This document shows positions 1 to 9,705 of a stretch of DNA of 53,733 nucleotides, piece by piece. A model generated the notes under the pieces. It did not search any database. It was not told the DNA's origin and saw only the letters and a list, made by a program, of their open reading frames with translations. Position 1 is the stretch's first letter. Every line of letters begins with the position of its first letter. The DNA is taken from the NCBI GenBank assembly GCA_038223165.1, contig JBBRHE010000001.1, positions 1-53,733 of the forward strand. The letters run 5' to 3'. The stretch is from Tepidisphaerales bacterium (lineage in GTDB: Bacteria > Planctomycetota > Phycisphaerae > Tepidisphaerales > Tepidisphaeraceae). Both the position numbers and the translations under genes were made by a program.

Positions 1-653
1 GCAACAACCCCGGTGGGCTGCTGACCGAGGCCACGCGCGTCAGTGACCGCTTCTTGAAGGAAGGCGTCATCGTTTCCACCCGCGCCGACCGTGAGACCCC
101 CAACCCGCCCAGTGAGACCAAGGCCCGCAACACGCGCGACGAGTCGACGCTGCCACTGGTTGTGCTCGTCAACCAGTACAGCGCCAGCGCATCAGAGATC
201 GTCAGTGGCGCCCTGAAAGATCTGAAGCGCGCTACAGTGGTTGGCGAGCGCACGTTCGGTAAGGGCAGCGTGCAGATGCTCTTCCCGTTGGAAGGGCGCG
301 AAGCGCTGCTGAAGCTGACGACGAGCCACTACTACCTCCCCAGTGGCCGTTGCCTGCACCGTGAGGAGAACAGCACGACGTGGGGCGTAGACCCGGACAT
401 CAAGGTCGAACTGACCCCCGAACAGATGCGTGCCGCCAACCAGGCGCGCCAGGATCTGGACATCCTGCGCGACATCAACGCCGCCCCGGCCGAGCCCGAA
501 AGTGCAAAGCTTGCCGACAAAGCCGCCGCCGTCGCCGAGGACGCCCCGATCGCGGACTTGAAGAAGCCTAAGAAAGACCTGCTGGCTGCAGACCCCCAAC
601 TGTCGGCGGCGCTGTTGTTGCTGCGGTTGCAGTTGAATGGTGCGCAGCTGTAA
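1..653 (+). CDS. C-terminal processing peptidase, S41 family (5'-truncated by window edge)
   Basis: The reading frame is open from position 3 (NNPGGLL...). It has S41 hallmarks: LVVLVNQYSASASEIVSGALKD and ATVVGERTFGKGSVQ. Stop at 651-653. Confidence 0.85.
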   Translation, partial: NNPGGLLTEATRVSDRFLKEGVIVSTRADRETPNPPSETKARNTRDESTLPLVVLVNQYSASASEIVSGALKDLKRATVVGERTFGKGSVQMLFPLEGREALLKLTTSHYYLPSGRCLHREENSTTWGVDPDIKVELTPEQMRAANQARQDLDILRDINAAPAEPESAKLADKAAAVAEDAPIADLKKPKKDLLAADPQLSAALLLLRLQLNGAQL

Positions 654-694
654 CGGGTTTTCCCTTCGTCGGGCATTCAGAAGTACGACGCGTA

Positions 695-783
695 GGCGCG
701 AAGAGCGCGAAGCGCGCGAAGACCAGACGCGAAGGAAATGCGGTTGATCCGTCTTCCTTCGCGTTTTCTTCGCGGCTTCGCGG
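695..783. repeat. GCGCGAAG / CTTCGCG short repeat cluster (REP-like)
   Basis: Three tandem 9-nt units NGCGCGAAG lie at 695-721, a fourth copy at 727-735, and inverted copies CTTCGCG at 756-783. Confidence 0.6.
727..770 (+). terminator. Rho-independent-type terminator after the S41 peptidase gene
   Basis: An 11-bp perfect stem (acgcgaaggaa 727-737 / ttccttcgcgt 754-764) is followed by TTTTCTT. Confidence 0.5.
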
Positions 784-832
784 CTGTGACGTATTCCTGG
801 AAATGGCGGCGCTTCGCTTCATGGCGGCTTAG

Positions 833-1013
833 GCGCTGTCCGACGGATCACGCCCAGACCCAAGATGTCATCCCGCACAGAGCGGTAGCGACGTGAGGGA
901 TCGGCAATGCAAGAAGCGCCCCAGAGGATCGATCTCTCGGGTCGCGAACACTCCCCCTCGTGATGACCTGAGGTGAGCGCTGAACCGTTGTTAAGTGATC
1001 CATCGGACAGCGC
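833..1013. repeat. 19-bp inverted repeat pair enclosing ~143 nt
   Basis: gcgctgtccgacggatcac (833-851) is complementary to gtgatccatcggacagcgc (995-1013) with one mismatch. Confidence 0.55.
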
Positions 1014-1016
1014 GTT

Positions 1017-1982
1017 TTACCGCGAGCGTATCAGCATTGCATCCGCGATGCCCAGTTCTTTTCGTTTGGCGTCGATGTCCTGCAGGAAGCGTGAGCCGTC
1101 ACCGTAATAGCCGGCGGTGGGTTTGACGTCAGGCAGATGCGTGCGCCAATAGGCGTTAAAGCGACCCATGAGGGCTTCCCGCAGGTACTTGCTGAGCATC
1201 GACGCGATCGCAACGGGCATGCACTGGGCTTCGGCCTTTTCGCAGAAGATGATGCGCACGACCTGCTCGCGGCGCAGCAGGCGGTACTCGCTGTGACCGT
1301 CCTGCTCGCGGAGGATTTCGAGTGACCAGTCTTCAAACATCTGCATGAGCAGTGGGCCGTAACGTTCGCGACCCCCCTGGCGGTCGCAGAAGATGACGAG
1401 GCCTTGGTCGCTGAAGTTGCGGATGAGCGCGTCGAGGTGGATCGCGGCCGTCGAGAACAGGACACTGCTCTTGTTGCGCGTCATGTCGGCCAGGTGGTTG
1501 AACTGACTTTCGCAGACCACACGGGCGGCCAGGTGGACGCATTCGACCCCGCTGCGCGTCATCTCGGTCTTGAGTGCGTTGGCGAAGAGCTGGATGGGCA
1601 GACCGTCCTGTTCGAGCGGGAAGCTTTCGGACTGACCGTACCACGGATAGCCCGCGAGGTCCGCGATCGCGTGGCCAGCGACTTTGGCGACGAACGCGTC
1701 GAGCCCGGTGGGCCAACCGTCCTTCGTCGCAGCGATCGCCAGCAGGCTGCGCTCCAGTTCCTTCAAACCGGTGGAAGGGGAATAGACCTGTTTGCTGTCA
1801 TTAACATGAATCTTGCGCCCGGTCCGCGACCGGGTCTTGCTGACGAGTTTGCGTAGGCGTTCCCACAGGCACGGCAGGTCACCCGCCGGGTCGACGCCTT
1901 CCACGCGAAAGGCAGCACACCCGACGACCAACGGCCCCAGGAGCGGCCCATACCCAGCCTCGTCCACACCAGCGAGAATCAT
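1017..1982 (-). CDS. RNase HII-like ribonuclease with extended C-terminal region
   Basis: The N-terminus MILAGVDEAGYGPLLGPLVVGCAAF matches the RNase HII GxDEAGRGPxxGPxV motif, and a downstream NDSKQV matches the DSK motif. At 321 aa it is longer than typical RnhB. Confidence 0.7.
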   Translation of the reverse strand: MILAGVDEAGYGPLLGPLVVGCAAFRVEGVDPAGDLPCLWERLRKLVSKTRSRTGRKIHVNDSKQVYSPSTGLKELERSLLAIAATKDGWPTGLDAFVAKVAGHAIADLAGYPWYGQSESFPLEQDGLPIQLFANALKTEMTRSGVECVHLAARVVCESQFNHLADMTRNKSSVLFSTAAIHLDALIRNFSDQGLVIFCDRQGGRERYGPLLMQMFEDWSLEILREQDGHSEYRLLRREQVVRIIFCEKAEAQCMPVAIASMLSKYLREALMGRFNAYWRTHLPDVKPTAGYYGDGSRFLQDIDAKRKELGIADAMLIRSR

Positions 1983-2116
1983 GCGGCTAGAGTATAGTTC
2001 CCTGCCCCAAATTCACCCAAAAAACCCCGAAGTTCGCGAGCCCTTCACTGGGTTGGCGAATTCAGTTGGCATGTCTTTCAGAACATCCCCAGAACCCCTC
2101 ATTTACACCGCTGGTC

Positions 2117-2144
2117 TTGACATGGGACACCAGAGGCATAAATT
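2117..2144 (+). promoter_or_regulatory. Sigma70-like promoter for tRNA-Asp
   Basis: TTGACA (2117-2122), 16-nt spacer, TAAATT (2139-2144), ending 17 nt before the mature tRNA 5' end. Confidence 0.4.
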
Positions 2145-2161
2145 ACCCGACCCGGAAAAAC

Positions 2162-2235
2162 GGGGACGTAGCTCAATTGGTTAGAGCACCGGACTGTCGA
2201 TCCGGATGTTGCGGGTTCGAACCCCGTCGTCCTCG
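2162..2235 (+). tRNA. tRNA-Asp: tRNA-Asp (anticodon GTC)
   Basis: I folded the cloverleaf by hand. Acceptor GGGGACG/CGTCCTC; anticodon stem CCGGA/TCCGG with loop CTGTCGA (GTC); T-arm GCGGG-TTCGAAC-CCCGT; discriminator G. CCA is not encoded. Confidence 0.93.
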
Positions 2236-2261
2236 CTGGTGACATTTTGTGTCAATCGCTG

Positions 2262-2295
2262 ATAAGCCCTGACTTTGTCGGGGCTTATTGCGTTG
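2262..2295 (+). terminator. Hairpin after tRNA-Asp
   Basis: ataagccc (2262-2269) pairs with gggcttat (2281-2288), followed by a T/G-rich tract. Confidence 0.35.
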
Positions 2296-2505
2296 TGGTT
2301 TGACTGGAATCGTTGCCGTCGGGTTAGTGGACATTCCCAGTTTCACTCTTTGTGCAATATATGGCGGGCGCCTCGAGGCCATCCGTTGCACAACGCTTGT
2401 TCGAGTCAACCCCGTTCCCCACTCGATAAAATCACTTCTCGCAACAGCATCGGAATTTTGAGGTATGTTATCGATATAGTTACCCGTGTTTGGAGGCAGC
2501 AATTC

Positions 2506-5500
2506 ATGATTCCCGTCGACATTCGAACCCTTTTGTGGGTTTTATCGTTGTTTTCCGTGTTTTCGTCTGTTTCGGTTTGTCATGCCCAGCTCGTGATTCG
2601 CAACGCCGGTTTTGAGGAACAGGGACTGGACGGGTGGACGGGCCGGGGGAATGTGACGGTAACCCGTGAAGGGGCCTTCGAGGGTGCGCACGCCTTGCTG
2701 CTGGCCAGGACCGGGGAAAATCTGGTCGAGACCAGCGCGACCAGTGAGCCGTTCGCGGTTACGGCCGGCGCGTATGATGTGGCGTGTGCGGTGCGGACCG
2801 ATCTGTACACGCAGGACATGTCGTTCAACGCCGCCGTCAGCGTCGACTTTCAGGACGCGCAGGGCAAGTCGCTCGAACGGCTGACGATTATCGACGCCCA
2901 GGGAAAGACTGCATGGCGACCCGTTCGGAAGGTCGTCACGGCGCCAGAGCACACGGCGCGCGGCCAGGTCGTCATTCAGTTCAACAAAACACACGGCCAA
3001 GTCTGGCTCGACGCGGTCACGATCAAACCTGCCCGCAGTGCAGTCAACGAAACGGCACGCCGTGTCACGTTCGCGACCAAGTACATGGGGAACATGCTCT
3101 ACCCCGACGACGACGTCATCGTCGAAATGAAGTTCCAAACCCCTACACGGCTCGCAGAGGCCGATCACCAAGTGACGTGGGACGTGCGCGACTACTGGAG
3201 CGCGCCGGTTTCCGATCGACGGACGACGGCGCTCGTCGAAATTGGGCAGACGCGCGAAAAAACCTGGGAATATGTCGCCAAGCTGGATGCGCGCGACATC
3301 CCACTGAAAGTCGGCCCGTACTACGAGGTTCACACGAGTGTGAAAGTGGGCGACGCGCCAGCGGTGGAGGATGAGACGTCACTGGCGATCTTGCCGCAAT
3401 CGTCGGCTTTTGGGAACGATCCCGGGCAGTTGCCGTTTGGCACGCATAACTGGGACGATCGTCCCGAACCGTACTTCGCACTCTCGGCCCGATTGGGCCT
3501 GCGGCGATGCGCTGTTTTCTGGCACTGGCCCGCAGAGGCACCGTACACACCGCACTATGAGGGATGGGATTACGATGCGCGCATCGGCTATCCCAAGAAG
3601 TACGGTCTGGTTCCGTACGCGCTCGTTTACCCGGCCCATGACCTCGAACGCGGCGAGAGCAAGCACACCGACGAGTCGCTGCGCGAAGGGCTAAGGCAGA
3701 CGATCGAACTCCACAAGAAGGATGGGATGTGGGGCTTCCAGATTGGCAACGAGCCACCTCACTGGAACGCCAAGATGGTGGATCGAGACGTCGAGATCTA
3801 CAAAGTGCAGTACGAAGCGATCAAGAAGGCTGACCCCAGCATGGTCGTGATCGGCTCGGCAATCGGGCCAAACGAAGAGTTCTTTAAGCGCGGCTTTCAG
3901 CACTACTGCGACACCATGAATATCCATGGTTACGGCGATCTGGGTGAACAACGCCGCAGCATGCGCAAGTACCAGGAGCTTTTTGCCAAATATGGGGGGA
4001 ACAAGCCGATCTGGACGACGGAGATCGGCTCGATGAGCCAGGGATTGACTCGCCACGAGATCGCCTGCGACATCGTTCGCAAAGCGACCGCGTTCTTTGC
4101 TGATGGGGGTGAGTTCTTCACGTGGTTTGCCATCACCTACCCGGACACGAAGGGCACCCGCCGCGGGTCGTACGGCGATTCGATGGACCTGTTCTCGGGC
4201 TTTCTGGAACAGTACAACCCACGACACGACGCGGTCGGTTACTTCCACTATGTCGACCAGATCGGCACGAAGAAGTTCGTGGAAGAAGTGACGTACAACA
4301 ACGGTTCGTCCGGTTTCCTGTTCCGCGATTCACAGGGCAACTGTGTGCAGGTGCTGTGGAACCTCACCGGTGATGCCACCGACGTCCTGGTCCCGCTGGC
4401 CGGGGTTCAGGATGTTCGACTGACACAGATCGACGGTAGTGGAGCCCGAATGAACGCCGGTGGTAAAGGCGTAACTGTCCGTGTGGCGCCTGAACCGATT
4501 CTGCTGGCGTATCGCCAGGCCGATGGTGCGCTGGCGAAACAGTTGGAGACCCCCGCGATCCGTTTGGACGGCGCCTTGCCCGAACTGGTTCAAGGCAGTG
4601 CAGGCACGTTTGCTTTGAATATCGCAAAAGGCGCGGGAAAACCGGTGCTGTCGGCGCCGGCGACTATGAAGATTGAGCAGGTATCCGATGACGAACAAGC
4701 CGATGGCAACCGGCGTGTGGGGTATCGCATCACCGTGCCGAGCGGTTCACCTGCGCGGGCGGCACGGTTGACGGTGGGGCTTGTGGATGAGGATCGGTCC
4801 CAGCGGGGGCAGTTGCTGTTCACGGTTCCGGTCAAGAGCCGCATCAACTCGGAAATTCGGCCCCTTGCGTCGCCGGAGCCCGGGAAAGCCGGAGTTGAAC
4901 TGATCGTCCGTAATAACGGCAATGAGGGTCAGCGCATCGCGTGGTCGGTCGAGCTGGCGGGTGAATCACCGATGGTCAAGGGTGAGTTTGATCACGGAAA
5001 TATGCGGCCTGCAGAGGCCTATTTTACGGACGTCAATCAAGGGGATATCGAGCTTCAGGCTGGCGAGGAAAAGCGCGTTAGTCTGGGTTTGGCGCAAGTC
5101 GAACGATTGACGGTTTACAAGGTGCGTGCCCAGATCGTTGACGCCGGTGGCAAGGCCGTGATCAACGAGCGCCTGATGGCGGGTTTTGCCGGGGTGCATC
5201 GCGCCGGTGGCACGATCGCGATCGATGGCAACCTTGACGAGGCCGGCTGGTCGAAAGCGCCCGTCCTCAAGATCGACGAGGCGCGTCAGTTCTTCAGCTA
5301 TTCCAAGGAGGGTAAATGGAACGGCCCGCAAGACCTCAGTGGTCAGCTGCGCTTCCTCTGGGACGATCAAAACCTCTACCTGAGCATGGTCGTCACCGAC
5401 GACAAGTTCGTGAACTCCAAGGAAGACAACGAGCTATGGGCGATGGACGGCCTGCAGATGATGTTCGACCCGTATCGCGATCGCGAAGAGAAGCTTGGCC

Positions 5501-5829
5501 GGTACGATTACTTTGGTGGAATTGGTAAAAAAGGCCCACAGTTCTGGTGCGGTCTGACAGCCGACGGGCGCGCGCCGACGGGGGAAGTGAAAGATATCAC
5601 GCTCGCAGGCAAGCGCACGGACACAACTACGGGTGCGATCAACTATGAAATGGCGATTCCCTGGTCGCGCATTTTACCGTTTGCGCCCGCGGTCGGTCGA
5701 AATCTGGGTTTGGGGATTCTGATCAACGAGGACGACGGACTTGGTCGGGAAACTTTCCTGGGATGGTTTAGTGGCGCCCATTCCAAGACCGTTAACCAGG
5801 TTGGCGACCTCATCCTGCTGGCAAACTGA
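2506..5829 (+). CDS. Secreted clan GH-A-like glycoside hydrolase with N-terminal CBM4/9-like and C-terminal CBM9-like modules
   Basis: ATG at 2506 has a GGAGG 10 nt upstream and starts a signal peptide (MIPVDIRTLLWVLSLFSVFSSVSVCHA). FQIGNEPPHW (acid/base NEP) and IWTTEIG (nucleophile) fit a (beta/alpha)8 GH. The C-terminal DGNLDEAGW...LWDDQNLYL is CBM9-like. The 2275-2505 ORF extension runs into the tRNA terminator and is excluded. Confidence 0.8.
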   Translation: MIPVDIRTLLWVLSLFSVFSSVSVCHAQLVIRNAGFEEQGLDGWTGRGNVTVTREGAFEGAHALLLARTGENLVETSATSEPFAVTAGAYDVACAVRTDLYTQDMSFNAAVSVDFQDAQGKSLERLTIIDAQGKTAWRPVRKVVTAPEHTARGQVVIQFNKTHGQVWLDAVTIKPARSAVNETARRVTFATKYMGNMLYPDDDVIVEMKFQTPTRLAEADHQVTWDVRDYWSAPVSDRRTTALVEIGQTREKTWEYVAKLDARDIPLKVGPYYEVHTSVKVGDAPAVEDETSLAILPQSSAFGNDPGQLPFGTHNWDDRPEPYFALSARLGLRRCAVFWHWPAEAPYTPHYEGWDYDARIGYPKKYGLVPYALVYPAHDLERGESKHTDESLREGLRQTIELHKKDGMWGFQIGNEPPHWNAKMVDRDVEIYKVQYEAIKKADPSMVVIGSAIGPNEEFFKRGFQHYCDTMNIHGYGDLGEQRRSMRKYQELFAKYGGNKPIWTTEIGSMSQGLTRHEIACDIVRKATAFFADGGEFFTWFAITYPDTKGTRRGSYGDSMDLFSGFLEQYNPRHDAVGYFHYVDQIGTKKFVEEVTYNNGSSGFLFRDSQGNCVQVLWNLTGDATDVLVPLAGVQDVRLTQIDGSGARMNAGGKGVTVRVAPEPILLAYRQADGALAKQLETPAIRLDGALPELVQGSAGTFALNIAKGAGKPVLSAPATMKIEQVSDDEQADGNRRVGYRITVPSGSPARAARLTVGLVDEDRSQRGQLLFTVPVKSRINSEIRPLASPEPGKAGVELIVRNNGNEGQRIAWSVELAGESPMVKGEFDHGNMRPAEAYFTDVNQGDIELQAGEEKRVSLGLAQVERLTVYKVRAQIVDAGGKAVINERLMAGFAGVHRAGGTIAIDGNLDEAGWSKAPVLKIDEARQFFSYSKEGKWNGPQDLSGQLRFLWDDQNLYLSMVVTDDKFVNSKEDNELWAMDGLQMMFDPYRDREEKLGRYDYFGGIGKKGPQFWCGLTADGRAPTGEVKDITLAGKRTDTTTGAINYEMAIPWSRILPFAPAVGRNLGLGILINEDDGLGRETFLGWFSGAHSKTVNQVGDLILLAN

Positions 5830-5930
5830 CGCGCCTTGCCCAAAGGGTGAATGTATCCGAACTGATCGCGGTCGCACCCACCAGCAACAGGATCGCCGAC
5901 ACATTACGTGCTCACATAGGAACACACTCG

Positions 5931-8900
5931 ATGACAAGTTTAGCAAAGAAATGCCGCATACTTGTGATTCTCCTCGCGACATTGATCGGTGGCTCAGTCG
6001 CGACGGCCGCCGATAGCGCTGCGATGCCGTTAGCGACGTTTGAATCGGGAAATGATGGCTTTGCCGAAGGTCTGACGCGCGACGAAAAAGTCGCGCATTC
6101 CGGGGCCGCTTCCGGGCGAATCGACGGTGATTTTTCGCAGCCCAACGGGACGCCGTGGACCATCGCCGGGCGTGATCTGTCGACCAAAGGCGAACTGGCC
6201 AGTGTTTCGTTCTGGGTTCGGTCCAAGGAAGCGACCGGACTCACGTTTCGTCTGGAGGATGCCAGTGGTCAGGTTCACCAGCAGCGGCCAGTGTTCGAGC
6301 CGAATGGGCAGTGGCAGCAGATCACCCTCAGCAGTTTCGATCGAGGTCGTGGCTACCAGACCTGGGGTGGCGCCAGCGATAAGAAGTTCCACTGGCCGGC
6401 CAGGCAATTGTCCTTCCTGCTTGAAAAGAACAATCTCGGTGGTCAACTCACAGGCAGCGCCTGGATTGACGACATTGAGGTCACGACCGTCCCCGGCACC
6501 GACATCCTCCCACTGGCTGTCGAGCAAGCGCAGTTGGGCAACGTGTTTAGCCGTGGTGAGCCGGTTCGCATTCCAGTCGAAACCCAGGGAACGCGCGTGA
6601 CATGGTCCGTGCGAGATTTCTGGGACAATGAGGTCTCCAGCGGTGAGTCACCGGTCACCACCAACAAAGCAACAATCGACCCGCGCGTCGAACGCCTCGG
6701 CTACTTCGAGATGCAGATCGAGGCTTTCAAAGGTGACACATCGATCGCCAAAGCGATGACCTCCTTTGCCCACATCGCGCCGGTGGATATCCGCACGATG
6801 AACGACTCATCGTTCGGTGTGATGACGCATTTTGCGCAAGGGTGGGACATCGACATTATGCCGCTGGTAGCCAAGGCTGGCATCCGCCTTATTCGCGACG
6901 AACACTACTGGCAGCAGACCGAACCGCAGACGAAAGGCAAGTACGTCTTCATCGACCGGTTCTCCAACTACCTTTCGCGCGCAGCGGAACTGGGGATCGA
7001 TCCCATTCTCGTCATGTCGTTTTCCAATCAACTCTATGACAACGATTTGACGCCCCATACGCCCGAAGGGCTGAACGGGTTCGCCGACTATGGCGTCGCG
7101 CTGCTGAACCGGTACGGCAAGCAGATCAAGTGGCTGGAAGTGTGGAACGAGTACAACGGCACCTGGTGTTCCGGACCAGCCAAGGAAGACCGTGGCCGAT
7201 ACCACGCGTTGATGTGCAAGTACGTCTACGACAAAGTGAAAGCCGTTCGCCCGGACGTGGAAGTGCTTGGTGGCGCTGCGGTGCTACTGCCACCTCCGTA
7301 CTTCGAGAGCATCTTCAAAAATGGTGGACTCGCGTCGATGGACGGCGTGGTGATTCACCCCTATCGCGGTCGACCGGAAGGGATCGAGACCGAAATCGAT
7401 GAACTGCGCGAGCTGATGCGAAAATACGACGCTGGCAAGGAAAAGCCGCTTTGGGTCACTGAGACCGGCAGTATCGACACCTCGGTGGGTGGCCGAGCGA
7501 AGATAGCGCGCTATCTCACGAAGCAATACACGCTTCTGTTGACGCAGAACGCCAAGGCGATCTGTTGGTATTTGTTGCGCGACTACAATGAGTTTAAGTC
7601 GATGGGGCTGCTGCGCGACAAGGGCGACGCGTTCGGCCGATATGCCCCTGCGCCGGCGTACGTGGCGTATGCGAACTTGATTCAACAGTTGTATGGCGCG
7701 ACATTCGTCGCGCGCGAACCGGTCGACCAGCACACCTATGTCGAGCTTTTTAAGAAGACCGACGGTCTCGTGCGTGTCTGTTGGGCCAACGCGCCGTCAC
7801 ACATCGCCCTGGCCACGACGCATCCTGTGACCGTGGTCGACCTGATGGGTGGCGAACAGACGTTGACTCCTGTCGCGGGGCAGGTTTTCGTCACCCTTAC
7901 CGAGGACCCGATCTACATCAACTCCGCCGCCGACGCGACGTTACTGCCCGCGGGACGGTTTACGTTGTCTCCCGATCAGCGGACTGACCTGCTGGAACCG
8001 GTGACCCTGAGCTTCGCATACGACAACACCGGCTCAAACAAGCCGCTTGATGCGGAGTTTCAAGTGCTTGGAAAGCGCTACCCCTTCACCGTGCCAGCCA
8101 ATGGTAAGCAGGACGGACAAGTGGTGCTGACCGATGAGGACACACGCGCCGTGTCCGACCGCATTTATCGATACGGTCTGCTGATCGATTCCAAACCCGC
8201 TTCAGTCGGTGGCATCTCCTTCAAGACGACCGATAGTCTGAGGCTAGCCCAGCCCATGCGCATGGTCGATGGGGAAACGATGGAACTGGCGATCGCCAAC
8301 GCCAGTGCGCGCACGCCTTACACCGTCAAGCGAATCGGTTGGACCATCGGGAGTGCAGACAAAGGTTCGCACCCTGCGGATATCAAGATTCCCCCGGGCA
8401 AGACTGTTGTGATGCGGGTTCGCGTCGCTGAGGTGCCCGCTTACACGGAGTTACCGGTCGCGCTCAAGCTGGAGTTCGACGAGCGGGCTGCGTTGGAATT
8501 GAATGGGTCGCTGTCGAGCAATCCGATTGGGAAAGACAACGCGCTGTCGGAGATGACGCTCGTCAGCATCGACGGCAAACGAAAAGCCGCCGCCCGCGCG
8601 ACCTGGAACGATGAGGCGCTGTTGCTGAGCGTCAAACTGACTGGCGAACCGATTAAAATCGGAATCGCACCAGTCGATACCGACGCGCTGGACCTGCGTC
8701 GCGGCTGGTACGAGTTTCAGATTGACCCAACGGCGCAGACGGCGACGGTCACACTGTCACCTGACGACCCGTCGGCAACGGGTCGGATTCAAGTTGTTGC
8801 GAAAGACCAAGGCTGGATTGAGGTGTCGATTCCATGGGCGAGTGTGCCGGGGATCGATCCCAAATCAGGCTGGATTCGCCTGGCGTTGGCAGCATCGCGC

Positions 8901-9611
8901 TCACGGTTGCAGTTTGGCGGTGGCATTCTTACGGGCCGTACACCGCTGGAATACCGCGCTTGCCGACTGTTGACGGGTAATGAATCAACCGACTCCGCTC
9001 AGGACCACGCAGCGCCGATCAGCGTGGTCTCGACAAGCGGTATCGCCGGCGCGTCCACCAGCGACGGCGATAAGCTCATCGCGAACTACGACGTCGATTA
9101 TTCGAACGTGCAAGGTCGCGCCGGTTGGTCCTATGGCTATTTCGACGGCAGTGGTGATTCAGCTTACACCGACGCAAACTTCAAGCCGTTGGATTTCGTG
9201 CAGACGATGTGGGGCTACGAGTGGTCCACCCCTGCCGTGCAGCATGCGAAACTGACACGCACAAACGCCCACCCGGGTGTCACCGACGGTCGTCCGGTCT
9301 GGACAGTACAGCGATGGACAAGCAACGTGGAAGGGATGGTCCGCGTGACCGGCAAGGCCGAGTTAAACACCACGACCGACCCCAGCGACGGTGTCGGGCT
9401 TAAGCTTCTGGTTGACGGCGTCGTCTACAAGTCCTTGCTCGTGGGGGGGGCCGGTCGGCCCAGGGCGTCTACCTATGACCTGGTCGTTCCGACAAAGGTT
9501 GGCACAAAGGTCGACATCGGCATTACGCCCGGTCCGGGACTGAATTCAGGGTGGGACGTTACGTCAGTGACATCGCAAATTTATCTCACCGACCTGCCGA
9601 CTACGAAGTGA
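5931..9611 (+). CDS. Secreted clan GH-A-like glycoside hydrolase, large multidomain paralogue-like neighbour
   Basis: ATG at 5931 starts a signal peptide (MTSLAKKCRILVILLATLIGGSVATA). The N-terminal beta-sandwich region is CBM-like. WLEVWNEYNG (acid/base) and LWVTETG (nucleophile) are present, followed by a long C-terminal beta-rich region. Confidence 0.8.
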   Translation: MTSLAKKCRILVILLATLIGGSVATAADSAAMPLATFESGNDGFAEGLTRDEKVAHSGAASGRIDGDFSQPNGTPWTIAGRDLSTKGELASVSFWVRSKEATGLTFRLEDASGQVHQQRPVFEPNGQWQQITLSSFDRGRGYQTWGGASDKKFHWPARQLSFLLEKNNLGGQLTGSAWIDDIEVTTVPGTDILPLAVEQAQLGNVFSRGEPVRIPVETQGTRVTWSVRDFWDNEVSSGESPVTTNKATIDPRVERLGYFEMQIEAFKGDTSIAKAMTSFAHIAPVDIRTMNDSSFGVMTHFAQGWDIDIMPLVAKAGIRLIRDEHYWQQTEPQTKGKYVFIDRFSNYLSRAAELGIDPILVMSFSNQLYDNDLTPHTPEGLNGFADYGVALLNRYGKQIKWLEVWNEYNGTWCSGPAKEDRGRYHALMCKYVYDKVKAVRPDVEVLGGAAVLLPPPYFESIFKNGGLASMDGVVIHPYRGRPEGIETEIDELRELMRKYDAGKEKPLWVTETGSIDTSVGGRAKIARYLTKQYTLLLTQNAKAICWYLLRDYNEFKSMGLLRDKGDAFGRYAPAPAYVAYANLIQQLYGATFVAREPVDQHTYVELFKKTDGLVRVCWANAPSHIALATTHPVTVVDLMGGEQTLTPVAGQVFVTLTEDPIYINSAADATLLPAGRFTLSPDQRTDLLEPVTLSFAYDNTGSNKPLDAEFQVLGKRYPFTVPANGKQDGQVVLTDEDTRAVSDRIYRYGLLIDSKPASVGGISFKTTDSLRLAQPMRMVDGETMELAIANASARTPYTVKRIGWTIGSADKGSHPADIKIPPGKTVVMRVRVAEVPAYTELPVALKLEFDERAALELNGSLSSNPIGKDNALSEMTLVSIDGKRKAAARATWNDEALLLSVKLTGEPIKIGIAPVDTDALDLRRGWYEFQIDPTAQTATVTLSPDDPSATGRIQVVAKDQGWIEVSIPWASVPGIDPKSGWIRLALAASRSRLQFGGGILTGRTPLEYRACRLLTGNESTDSAQDHAAPISVVSTSGIAGASTSDGDKLIANYDVDYSNVQGRAGWSYGYFDGSGDSAYTDANFKPLDFVQTMWGYEWSTPAVQHAKLTRTNAHPGVTDGRPVWTVQRWTSNVEGMVRVTGKAELNTTTDPSDGVGLKLLVDGVVYKSLLVGGAGRPRASTYDLVVPTKVGTKVDIGITPGPGLNSGWDVTSVTSQIYLTDLPTTK

Positions 9612-9705
9612 TGGATAACGAGGTTACGGGCGGTTCAAACCAGCCTGTGCGGGAACAGAAGATTGCCCATTGCCAGAAAGCGGTAGAGCTTGATAGGGTG
9701 ATGTT

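Noticed and set aside
2275-2505. N-terminal extension of the first GH ORF (start at 2275)
   Set aside because: The extension begins inside the tRNA-Asp terminator region and has no signal peptide. ATG 2506 has a GGAGG and starts a classical signal peptide.
2236-9700. Genomic island integrated at tRNA-Asp
   Set aside because: I found no integrase, no transposase and no direct repeat of the tRNA 3' end in the window. Proximity alone is insufficient.
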